In this document: in pieces, positions 17,820 to 27,500 of the stretch
Position numbering within the stretch: position 1 is the stretch's first letter
Layout of the letters: each line of letters starts with the position of its first letter
IMG/VR virus record: IMGVR_UViG_3300032285_000182
Location: 1-28,818 of that record
Source: a virus
Lineage: Duplodnaviria > Caudoviricetes
DNA length: 28,818 nt
Strand: one strand, 5' to 3'
The notes under the pieces: model-generated
Databases searched by the model: none
What the model was told of the DNA's origin: nothing
What the model saw: the letters and a program-made list of their open reading frames with translations, nothing else
Translations under genes and position numbers: made by a program

Positions 17820-19207
17820 ACGGCAACGATAGGAATAATCTTTTTGGCTTTACGAGTTTTTTCTGGTTTGCCATTTTGCCACCAGTAAATATCTTTGCGA
17901 TCTTCCCGTTGTGGACCTTCAATGTATCCTGGAATATAACCACCAGTCATACTTTCAATCGCAACAGTAAACACTGTAATGTTATCACTGAATGCATTAT
18001 TGCATGAGGCTTCCCATAACTCTCCAGTCAAAAACAAACATGCACCTTTGCATATATGAATAACTGGGCAGTTTGGACATTCTTTTCTATCGCTCCAGTG
18101 AGTTCCTGTTTTAATATCAACAGAATTTAAATCTGAGATATGACCAATATGGTGGGAGATGCCAGAAGGATTATTAGATACTGTGCTTACATTTTGACAA
18201 GTAATTACGTTACCGTTCAGATCAAGAGCAATTTGGTCGGGTTGATCCATACCACATTTTTGGCCAAGCATAGTTAATGGGTAACCATCTTTAATTGAAT
18301 CAAAAAATCCTTTTACCTTTTGATGAATGGTTCCAAATTTTAATGCATTACCTGAACGCATATCATTTAAAGATACATTTCTGAATTTAATGTCTTCTTC
18401 TTCATCTAATAGTGAATTTGCAAGACCACCCTCATCATAAGCATCAACAAAAGTACCCTCACCTATACCAAGATCTTTTAGATATTCTGGACCAATTTCA
18501 TTAACAACAAATTTTGTAAAATAAGATTCAATATCAACACGACTAATATTTTTACTATTAATCATAGAATTAAAACTAAATTTATTTTTTGGTGCAAGTC
18601 TTTTGTACAGATCTATAATACCTGCTTTAGAAGCTGGATCTTCTAGTGGATCTGGACCACGAACAAATTGTCCTGGACCATCATGTGATACCGAAACAGA
18701 AAAACCAATTTCTTGTAACCAATCATTCTTTTCGTTATCAAGTAAACTACCATTAGTGATAACACCAAAATCGGAATTTGGATATTTCTTTCTGAGTTGC
18801 TCTGCCAATGGCTTCATTGTTTTCCAATAAACAAATGGTTCACCACCCCAAAACTCAAACTTTGTTCCTGCACCCAATCCATCATCACCACCCTCGTACC
18901 ATGTTGACATATTCTCAACAAAAGGAGTTACATCATCTGGATTAGTTGAGTCAGCATGAGGAACAAATCTTTGATTACAATAATCACATTCAAAATTACA
19001 AGAAAGACCAAGTTGGATCTTAACAACTTTAAGATCTCGTTTGCCTTTATGAATTTTAACTTGTTCTAATGGGGTAGTATATTTTGGAACGGATGGGATT
19101 ACTGGTGTGCCGTCTTCCCATGTTAATTGACTTAATGAACTATCGTAATTCAAATAACGAGTTTCATTTTTAATTGGATGCCATGCTGTAATTTTAAACT
19201 GTGCCAT
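17816..19207 (-). CDS. Radical SAM enzyme with SPASM domain (peptide/protein maturase-like)
   Basis: CxxxCxxC = CNFECDYC (18977-19000), FWGGEP, ITNGSLL, SVSHDGP. SPASM cysteines KCG...GNVITCQ and CPNCPVIHICKGAC...C. GAGGA RBS at 19215-19219. Confidence 0.93.
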   Translation of the reverse strand: MAQFKITAWHPIKNETRYLNYDSSLSQLTWEDGTPVIPSVPKYTTPLEQVKIHKGKRDLKVVKIQLGLSCNFECDYCNQRFVPHADSTNPDDVTPFVENMSTWYEGGDDGLGAGTKFEFWGGEPFVYWKTMKPLAEQLRKKYPNSDFGVITNGSLLDNEKNDWLQEIGFSVSVSHDGPGQFVRGPDPLEDPASKAGIIDLYKRLAPKNKFSFNSMINSKNISRVDIESYFTKFVVNEIGPEYLKDLGIGEGTFVDAYDEGGLANSLLDEEEDIKFRNVSLNDMRSGNALKFGTIHQKVKGFFDSIKDGYPLTMLGQKCGMDQPDQIALDLNGNVITCQNVSTVSNNPSGISHHIGHISDLNSVDIKTGTHWSDRKECPNCPVIHICKGACLFLTGELWEASCNNAFSDNITVFTVAIESMTGGYIPGYIEGPQREDRKDIYWWQNGKPEKTRKAKKIIPIVAV

Positions 19208-19226
19208 TATCTAGTCCTCAAAATTG

Positions 19227-19251
19227 ATTCTGGGAGTCAAGCTCCCAGAAT
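19227..19251. other. Perfect 10-bp inverted repeat (hairpin) upstream of the radical SAM gene
   Basis: attctgggag-tcaag-ctcccagaat. Minus strand reads ATTCTGGGAG CTTGA CTCCCAGAAT followed by CAATTTT. Confidence 0.75.
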
Positions 19252-19258
19252 ATTTATA
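19251..19258 (-). promoter_or_regulatory. T4 late promoter, perfect consensus TATAAATA, upstream of the radical SAM gene
   Basis: Plus strand tatttata at 19251-19258, intergenic, 44 nt upstream of the ATG at 19207. Confidence 0.8.
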
Positions 19259-19273
19259 GTGTATTTAAAACTA

Positions 19274-20155
19274 TTAAGAGATAGTTTTAGTATATGCCGT
19301 TACATTATTCCATTTACGGAAACCAGCTTTAATTTCAACTTCATCACCAGCTGACATACCTAGAGTAACAACTTTGAAAGATCCTGTTCCGTTAGTTAAA
19401 GGAACTTTAACCAATGGAAGAATACCATGAACTTGATCAAGGTAAACGAAAGATACTCCTGGAGTAGTTTCAACAGTAATAGTTGCTGTTGAATCAGCAG
19501 AAATTGTAGATGGACCAGTTAATGTAATTGGTGAAATTAAATCGATAGGTTTAGCAGATCCTGTCTGGATAGCATTTTTAGCAGGAGAAGAAGGATCGAT
19601 TACTACTGGAATAGTTTTACCTGTTGCTGTATATGGAGTTTCATCAATATTAATTCTATATGTAAAGTCAGTCATATTTGCGCCTTCAGTATAAGGAACA
19701 AATATTTGGTAAATTGCTGACTGGTTATTGCTCTTATCAAAGAAATTACCTTTGTTCAAATATGTAGAAGCAAATTGATCTTGAATTTGTAGAGGATTAA
19801 CTGTAATTGGACCAACAACACCAGTATCAGAGGTAATGCTATGTGAGTAAAAGTCATCATGTCTAACTGTCCATAATGAATTATCGCACATAGATTTTTT
19901 TGCAATAAAATCAGCTAATTCAATTTTATGCCAAAAATAAATTTCTTCAGGATACGTTGGTTCTGCTGGAGAACCATCTTCATTAACTCCAATAACTTCT
20001 TTTAAATATGAACATTTAATTTCAAAATATGATGGTTGAACATCGACATAAAATGTTATTGGATTGATATTAGAATCTGAAACAACGGCATCTGTTGGTG
20101 TTATTAAATCCTCATATAGAGAATTGGTTACAATATTTTTATAAATCTTTGTCAT
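19274..20155 (-). CDS. Uncharacterised protein with probable C-terminal Ig-like beta domain
   Basis: 293-aa ORF between the Cys-tailed fibre and the radical SAM gene. The C-terminal ~85 aa (ITLTGPSTISADSTATITVET...GTGSFKV...GDEVEIKAGF) alternate like a beta sandwich. Confidence 0.7.
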   Translation of the reverse strand: MTKIYKNIVTNSLYEDLITPTDAVVSDSNINPITFYVDVQPSYFEIKCSYLKEVIGVNEDGSPAEPTYPEEIYFWHKIELADFIAKKSMCDNSLWTVRHDDFYSHSITSDTGVVGPITVNPLQIQDQFASTYLNKGNFFDKSNNQSAIYQIFVPYTEGANMTDFTYRINIDETPYTATGKTIPVVIDPSSPAKNAIQTGSAKPIDLISPITLTGPSTISADSTATITVETTPGVSFVYLDQVHGILPLVKVPLTNGTGSFKVVTLGMSAGDEVEIKAGFRKWNNVTAYTKTIS

Positions 20156-20171
20156 AGGTTTCTCTTTTTAA

Positions 20172-21326
20172 TTAGCAATTGCAATTACAGTTACAGTTAT
20201 GGCAATTCTGGTGATAGTAATACATATCCATAGCAGAACCTTGATCAAGATACAACTGAGCAATTGAGTTTTGACCAGCGTTACCGCAGTTACCTTGTTG
20301 ACCAGCAAAACGTCCAACACCATAACAGTTAGATTGACGTGTTTTAGTATTGTGAGGCACCCAACCACCATAGTTACCTAAGTTATTAGAGAACTGTGAC
20401 AGTGAACCTGGCCAGCCACCACCAGCAATGCTTGCATAAGCAACACTAGAAACGATAACTCCGCCAATGTTACCCTGAACAGAAGTAACAGGAACAGAAA
20501 CAATAACAGCACCAGTGCTACCTTGAACAGAAGTTACGTTTGCGGCAATAGTTGGATTACCAGAAACACCATCTCCATTACTAACAGAGATACCAGCACC
20601 AGCAGTAATTGTACGACCAGCAGCAGTACCTGCGCCAGTTAAAGTAGCAATACCAGTGGAAACACCAGAAAGAGCAGCTAACTGAGCATTATATGCTTGT
20701 ACGTCAGTACCGATTGTTAAACCAAGTGTAGAACGAGCATTAACTGCTGCTGCAGAACCAGCAAGACCACGCATGTACGATGTAAAACTATGGGTGGAAG
20801 CAGTACCAGATCCAGTAAAATATGGTGCAGTATCAGCAGCAGAAGTTACGCCAGCAAGAGCATTACCAGTTGCAGTATAGGCTTGAACATCAGAACCAAT
20901 TGCTACACCAAGAGCAGTACGTGCACCAGAAGCAGTAGTAGCACCAGTACCACCACCAGAAATTAGAACAGTATAGTTCAAACTTGCAGCGATAGAAGCA
21001 GTACCAGTTAGAGCAGCGGTAATAGTACCAGCAGAAAAGTTACCAGATGCATCACGAGCAACGATAGTATTTGCAGTATTTGTAGCAGCAGCAGAACGAG
21101 CACCAGAGTTAAACGTCAGAGTATCTGAGTTTAAACCAGAAGCAGCTGCATATCCAGTAACAGTATTAAGTTTTGCTAATACGTCCGCAGCAGTATAACT
21201 CGCAGCGGTTTGGCCGAGAGCGATCTGAGTAGAAATATTTGAGAAGTTTGCGTCGACTTCAGCGTTGGTAAGAGGGCTACCTTTGGTAGATCTTAGCGTA
21301 ATCGATGGAGCAGTTATAGATGCCAT
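20172..21326 (-). CDS. Tail fibre-like protein with C-terminal Asn-Cys-repeat tail
   Basis: N-terminal LRSTKGSPLTNAEVDANF anchor, TIVARDASGNFSAGTIT motif, two AR..LG..IG.DVQAY repeats, two VTSVQG repeats. Ends ...QNCHNCNCNCNC. Confidence 0.8.
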   Translation of the reverse strand: MASITAPSITLRSTKGSPLTNAEVDANFSNISTQIALGQTAASYTAADVLAKLNTVTGYAAASGLNSDTLTFNSGARSAAATNTANTIVARDASGNFSAGTITAALTGTASIAASLNYTVLISGGGTGATTASGARTALGVAIGSDVQAYTATGNALAGVTSAADTAPYFTGSGTASTHSFTSYMRGLAGSAAAVNARSTLGLTIGTDVQAYNAQLAALSGVSTGIATLTGAGTAAGRTITAGAGISVSNGDGVSGNPTIAANVTSVQGSTGAVIVSVPVTSVQGNIGGVIVSSVAYASIAGGGWPGSLSQFSNNLGNYGGWVPHNTKTRQSNCYGVGRFAGQQGNCGNAGQNSIAQLYLDQGSAMDMYYYHQNCHNCNCNCNC

Positions 21327-21346
21327 TTAAGTTTCCTTAGTCAGTC

Positions 21347-21574
21347 TTATTTAGTAGATACCAGCTGTTTGAGTAGCTGTTTTATATCTGATAATTCATT
21401 CTTTATGTTATTTATGTCTTCTGTATGTTGAGAAATTTCAGCTTCTCGGGCTTCATTTTTCTTCCTTTGAAAGAGGTATTCTTCATACTCAGTCCTATTA
21501 TTATTTAGGATTGCGCCAGTAGCTGTATCTCTAACTAAACTGGCATGTCCCTCAACCTTCAAAAAATCATTCAT
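21347..21574 (-). CDS. Small conserved protein with C-terminal coiled coil
   Basis: KVEGHASLVRDTATGAILN then heptads INNIKNELSDIKQLLKQL. The start is more likely ATG 21574 (MNDFLK, right after the upstream stop) than 21589. Confidence 0.75.
   Translation of the reverse strand: MNDFLKVEGHASLVRDTATGAILNNNRTEYEEYLFQRKKNEAREAEISQHTEDINNIKNELSDIKQLLKQLVSTK
21348..21355 (-). promoter_or_regulatory. Putative late promoter ACTAAATA upstream of the Cys-tailed fibre gene
   Basis: Plus strand tatttagt at 21348-21355, within the last codons (ACT AAA TAA) of the upstream small gene. Confidence 0.6.
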
Positions 21575-21575
21575 A

Positions 21576-24500
21576 TTATGGGCAAGCAATTAAACGGAAA
21601 TCCTTAATAATTGGTACGGCTGACGTATTAGTAGAAGTCATAACCAATTTTACCTGGATCGTATCAAACGAAGACATACCTGTCAATGTATATGTAATAT
21701 CGCTAAAAGTTGGATTCCCATTGTCAACCTTAACAACACTACTATCGGGTGTCATTAAGATATATTTAGCTGGTGTTAAATTAGATGCATCACCAGTACA
21801 CGATTTGTAATATACTGCAACATTGGCTTCAGCAGGGATATTTGCGCTTATCATAACACGCATATAAGTTGATGCATTTGCAAACTTAACAGGAGTAGTT
21901 ACATATTTACTAATAGAACTACTTCCAACTGGAGCAATCTCGTCGGCGAATAGAATTCTAGTAGTTACAGTTGTACCAGAAACGGCAGCCTCACCAGTAA
22001 AGGTTGTATTTAAAGTAAGAGTTCCAGTGGTTCCATTATCCGTAAATCCAGTAACTAAGAAAGTTCCATTATTTCCAGAAGTAGTTGCACCAGAGATAGT
22101 TACATATTTACCGATACCGATACCAGCCATTGCAGTTCTAACTGCAGAAACTGTAGAAGTTATAGTTCCGCCAGAAACAAAAGTAAAAGCACCAGTAGAA
22201 TATGAGAAAGCAGTAGATAAATCTAATGGATCCAAGTTAGTATTAGACTGAGTCGGAGAGTTAAGTTTATTACTAACTGCAATTAAACTTGTACGAGTAG
22301 TATCAATAACAGGAGAAACTGCATCATTTGTAGTTGATATTAGGGCAGCAAAAGTTAATGATTTATTACCAGAAAGTAAAACATTCTCATTACTCTCAGA
22401 ACAAATCATTCTTGGAGAATAGAAAGTATTATTCTGATTTCTTAGCGCAGGAGAGAACCCTGAATCAATTACGTTTGGAGTTTGGCTACCATCAATAGAT
22501 TTACCAGAAGTGGTTTTAATAGAGAAAGTAGAAGTTGTATCAGAAAAATTCTGCATCTGAACATATGGGTTTACTATGTCAAACTGGACATTTCTACTTG
22601 CTTTTACTAATGTACCACCAGTATATCCAGAAGTTGTTGCGCTAGTTGTAGAACTAAATGTATAACAATTCATATCTACATTACTGATAATATGATTAGT
22701 ATATATTTCAACAGCAGGAATGCCATTAATTGGGGCAACATATTGGAAAGCAGCACCAGTAACAGCAACACCAGCATTAGAACCTAGTGTTAAAGAAGTA
22801 TCGCTTGCAATAGCAGAAACAGAACCAATTAAAACATCCTGTGAATTATACAAAGCAGAACCGACTGCTAGTTCAGTAGTAAATGCAGTTCCTACACCAG
22901 TAACAGTTGCGCTGCTAGTTGAGGCAGTAATAGTCCCAGTTCCTGGATCATTAGCATTAACTGCAGAGATATCTACAGTTGAACCAGTTGGCATGCCATG
23001 ATCATAATGCCACACACGAACTAAATTAGATCCAGAAATAGTTTCGAATGGATTATTATCTAATGTGTCGTATGGAAGAACGTCATTGACAAATTCTACA
23101 TCACCAACAACTGAAGTGTTAAATTTTGCGCGATTAATAGTGAACTTAATATCAGCATTATCGTCAGCAGTCCAAGTAGATGCATTCTGTGATTTAAACA
23201 TTACACCAGCATATGGTTGCTCAGAAATAGTTCTACCAGATCCAGGGATTTGATCACCCATATACGATACCCAAACATTATAACCATTTGAGTCCGACTG
23301 AAGAACAAAACAATATTCTGTTGCATCTTGTAAATACACTGGGCTCTCAAACGTAAATCTGGTTGGAGTATCATAACTATGTCTTTGAGAATTGTCTGGC
23401 ATAGCAACATAGTTTGCAGATAAGTTTACCTGCTCTGGGCGTAAAGTTACTACGCTAAATGGTAGAATAGTCTTACCTGGAGTACCATTTACCATCTCAC
23501 GAACTTGTAAAGTAACTGGCATTGAACTATCTTTTGTAGCAAAGAAAATATCAATAGAAGTTATAAATGCTCCACCCTTTTGTTGAACCAAGAAAGATTG
23601 AGCAAGTGGATCATACCAAACACCACCACTACCAAGTGTTTTAGTAGAATCCTGCCAGACAGTTTGATTACCAGAAACTTGTTCAGTAACGATTTGTCCA
23701 TTTCGAACGGCATTAACTGTTTTCTGAGTACTATTTAAAATACCAGTTGCTTCATAAGTAGCAATACCACGGGAAGTATAATCTCCAGCGTAAGTTGATA
23801 CATCCTTTAATGAAAATTCTCTTTTACCAGTTCTAAAACGAACTGAATCAGTTTGTGGAATATTGAATATAAACTCAACATCACCACCAGCAGTAGTTAC
23901 TAATGTTGTTGGTGTAGTTACAGAAACTACAACACCTTGAGCACTACTAATCGAACCAGAGATTGTATCATCTTTAGTAAAAGAACCTTTGATATTTACA
24001 AGACTTAAACAGTAAGCATTATTAGCATCAATGTAAACATTAACGACAACAGCAGAAGCAGTCCCTGCTCCATTACTAATAACATCACCTGCATTAAGAC
24101 ACATCTGAGCATCACCAAGGATTCTTCGTTTCAATTCAGATGCTTGCCCACCTACGTTTGTTTTATAATCAAAAGTACCTGACGATGGTGTGTATATCAT
24201 TTTAACTGCAGGAGTACAGTAAGAAGAAACATCTACACCATCAAAATAAGGATAGAATCTAGTTGATGGCTTCAACTTATGTGCTTGAACAAGAATATTT
24301 CTTGAACGAATATACGGGATAACTGCAGTAGAAACTGTAACATCTGAGACTGTTTCATAATCAGTTTTAAGAGCAAGTTTAGTTTCAATACCACTTCTCG
24401 ATTGGCCGACTTGAGTAGCAGTAGTTTGAGTTACTGTATAACTACCAGCATAACGTCCCCAACCACCATTTAAACTAAAATTACCACCAGTCGCCCCTCT

Positions 24501-27500
24501 TGCTGCAGCATATCCAGCAGCAGCTCCATTATATTGTACTGGACCAGCAATACTTACTCCAGTCCATTCAGTTTGCCATGCGTTCCAAACAGTTCCAAGA
24601 GCTCCAGTTCTTTGAGCCAGATTTAAAATGGTGCTGTAATTACCTTCAACTTGCTGGATAATATCTGGCAGACGATTTACTTCAAACCAATCATCAGAAG
24701 GAGGATTTAATTGAACATCACCAATAAAAGTAAAGATAGCGAATGGATTAATATTCTCTAAACGAGAAGCATACTGCTGAGTAATTAATGCAGTGGTTGT
24801 ATATGGTAACGTAATAATGTCACCAGTTAATTGATAGTTGGCTGATGCTCTTGCTGAATTGTTAGAATACTTTTCTAGTAAATTAACATTGTACTGCGAA
24901 TAGAATGGGCGTAATTGATTTTGCTCCATATCAATAGAACAAAGATAATCTTGTGATTTACTATTTGCTAATTTACTTCCACTAAAGTTATCAACAACAA
25001 AACCATTTTTCATACGATCAAGACCACTGGAATCAGTAATCTTTAATGCTTGAGTTTCTTGCTCTAGTAGTGAAAGAGAAGTATAGTATTCAAGATTATT
25101 AATTCTAGATTCTAATCTTCCAATATCGCGCATAGTATATCGTTTATTATCTACCTTTCTAGCAGATATATTAGTAGCATCAGCACTAAATGTATATGCA
25201 GTTAGATCTAATGTATATAATACCATACCCAAATCTGGGTCTGATGGATATCCAGGTGTTAATGAAGAAACCCCAGTTATATCAAAAATATTACCATTAA
25301 TGTCTACCGCAATCTTATCTTTTCTTGGTAAATAGTAACTATAATCAGCAGTAGCTGCTTGACCACGTTTTGGTATAGCAGAAACAATAGAACCAGTAGA
25401 AACAAAGTTTTTAGATGTTCCTGAAGATTTATTGGCAACACGTGGACGGAAATCTAATGAATCTCTTAAAGTTGGTGAGATCGTTTTATAATCGATATTA
25501 CTATAAGAGTTAACATCAAAATAATCACCAGCTCCATGTTCAAAATATTGATATGTTACTTTAAACGGATTTGAAGGGGCAGCAAATGACGGATTTAATG
25601 TTAAGGATGCCCAATCATAGTAAGTAGTTTTCTGACCATTATCTACTGTAAACCTATCAGAGATATCAACAGTGTATGCGCTAGAAGATGGAGTAGAACC
25701 CCACGCAGCACCTGGAGCCATCATAATACTTACAATTTTAAACAAGTCTGGTTTATCTAAGTAAATAGTAGATGCTTGTGCGGTAATTTGAGTATTGAAT
25801 ACTTCAGAAGTATTTGTAAGAGTTTTAGTTTTCTCAAATCCTGCGCCATTTCTAATTACTACTGCAATAACAGAAATAGAATGACCAGACTGAGCACTAG
25901 GAACAACAATAGTGCAAGTTGATCCAGATGGGCTAATTGAATCTGGTACAATAATCGCACCACCTGATGTGGCATCATTATCAATAACAGTATAATTAGT
26001 TTGCTCAGATGCTGGAGCAAATGTACCTGATGTGCTTAATGTTATAGATGTTCCAGTTGCAGTTTGAGTAAATTTTTGGTAACAGTAGTAAGTAGTATTA
26101 TTAGTTCCACCTGTACCAGCAGTTCGCATTGATCGAACTGCGTTATATGGTAATGGGAATATTAATGATGTTTTATCTGCTTCTAGAATTTGAGTAGTAC
26201 ATCTAGCGATAGTCGCACCAGTTACTGTAATTGAAGTATCAACAGTAATAGTTCCTTGAGCAGAAACTGTGGCTACTTTACGATAAGAACCACCAGTTCC
26301 ACCAATTAAAACTAAATCGTTTACTTTTAAATCAGTTAGGAAAGAAGTTCCAGTACCAGTAATAGTTGTGCCTGAAGCAGTAACTGAACCAATCAATTGT
26401 GTAACTACTGGGCTGATATCAGCAGTAAAATTTAAATTTGCATCTGCAGGAACAGTATATGCTAAACATTTAACATCAGTATTAAATGCATATCCTGGAT
26501 TCATTTGAACATCAAACAAACCAAGTTTATAAATTGCTGAATATCCAACTGGTAGACCAGTATGCCATTCCATATAACGAGCACGAGCATATCCAACAAT
26601 AGTTCCCTGTGGTGATCCACGATTTGAAGAACCAGTAATTGCATTATAAAGTGTAACTTGCGCTAGTTCTTCTACCTTTGGTAAATTATTTACATTGGTA
26701 ACTAATACATAATTACCAACAGTAGTATCAACTACTGAAGCAGTTGCTTGGACATATGTGCGTGCTTTATCAACAGGAATATATGTTACCGCAGTTTTTT
26801 CAATTTCATATCCATGAACATATGCTTTACCTGCCTCAATACCAACAGCAACCTGAGATTCATTGCCATTTAAGTAGATACCACGATTGTATGCTGGTGC
26901 AGTATCATACTGCCAATTAACACCAGTTGCTCCTGGACCATCATATGCAGAAGAAGTAGTATGAGTCGGAGGAGTTGTTACTGAAGTTGCGCTATTTAAA
27001 GCAGTGTATGTAATACCATTATATGTAACAATGTCACCAATTAAATAAGCAGTATTTTGAGCCCAAGTTCCACGATTATTATTACGATGTTCACGAATAT
27101 CAATATCGAAACCACGAACAGAATAATCTCCAGACTCATCATATGTACGACGAGCCATTTCATCAGCAAGTAAAGAGTATTGAGTTTTATCAACAATAGT
27201 TTTAATTGATCCATCTGTAACACGAATTAATTCTACAAAGTTAGAATCTGATGTTGAGTTAATTCCAAGTTTAGTTAATGTTAAATCAATGTAATAACGA
27301 TGTGCACCTGGAGCAGCATAGTTATATGAGTTTTGCGCATTGTCTAAAAGAGTTTCATCTTGTTCTGGAGTAATAATTTCTTCAGAGACATTTAAACCAA
27401 TACGATATGTTGGAGTAGTTGTATATTTGTCAAGAACAATAGTTTGAGTATCAACTAAACAGAAATGACCATTGATATAATAGACACCCTGATTAACTGT

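Noticed and set aside
17816-19207. Radical SAM enzyme as NrdG, QueE or MoaA, with the PP-loop protein as QueC (7-deazaguanine pathway)
   Set aside because: The 463-aa length and full SPASM cysteine set do not fit NrdG or QueE. The PP-loop protein lacks the QueC C-terminal zinc-binding CxxCxxC motif. No folE, queD or dpdA is nearby, and the context is late and structural.
20175-20213. His-Asn-Cys in the fibre tail resembling an intein C-terminal splice junction
   Set aside because: No Hint domain or N-terminal intein block upstream, and the protein has no Cys outside the tail. HNC is part of the NC repeat.
20168-20371. 67-aa alternative-frame ORF over the Cys tail, considered as a separate precursor peptide or frameshift product
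   Set aside because: It overlaps the fibre in another frame, has no evident RBS or slippery site, and its ITVTVIAI pattern is just the shifted reading of the NC repeats.
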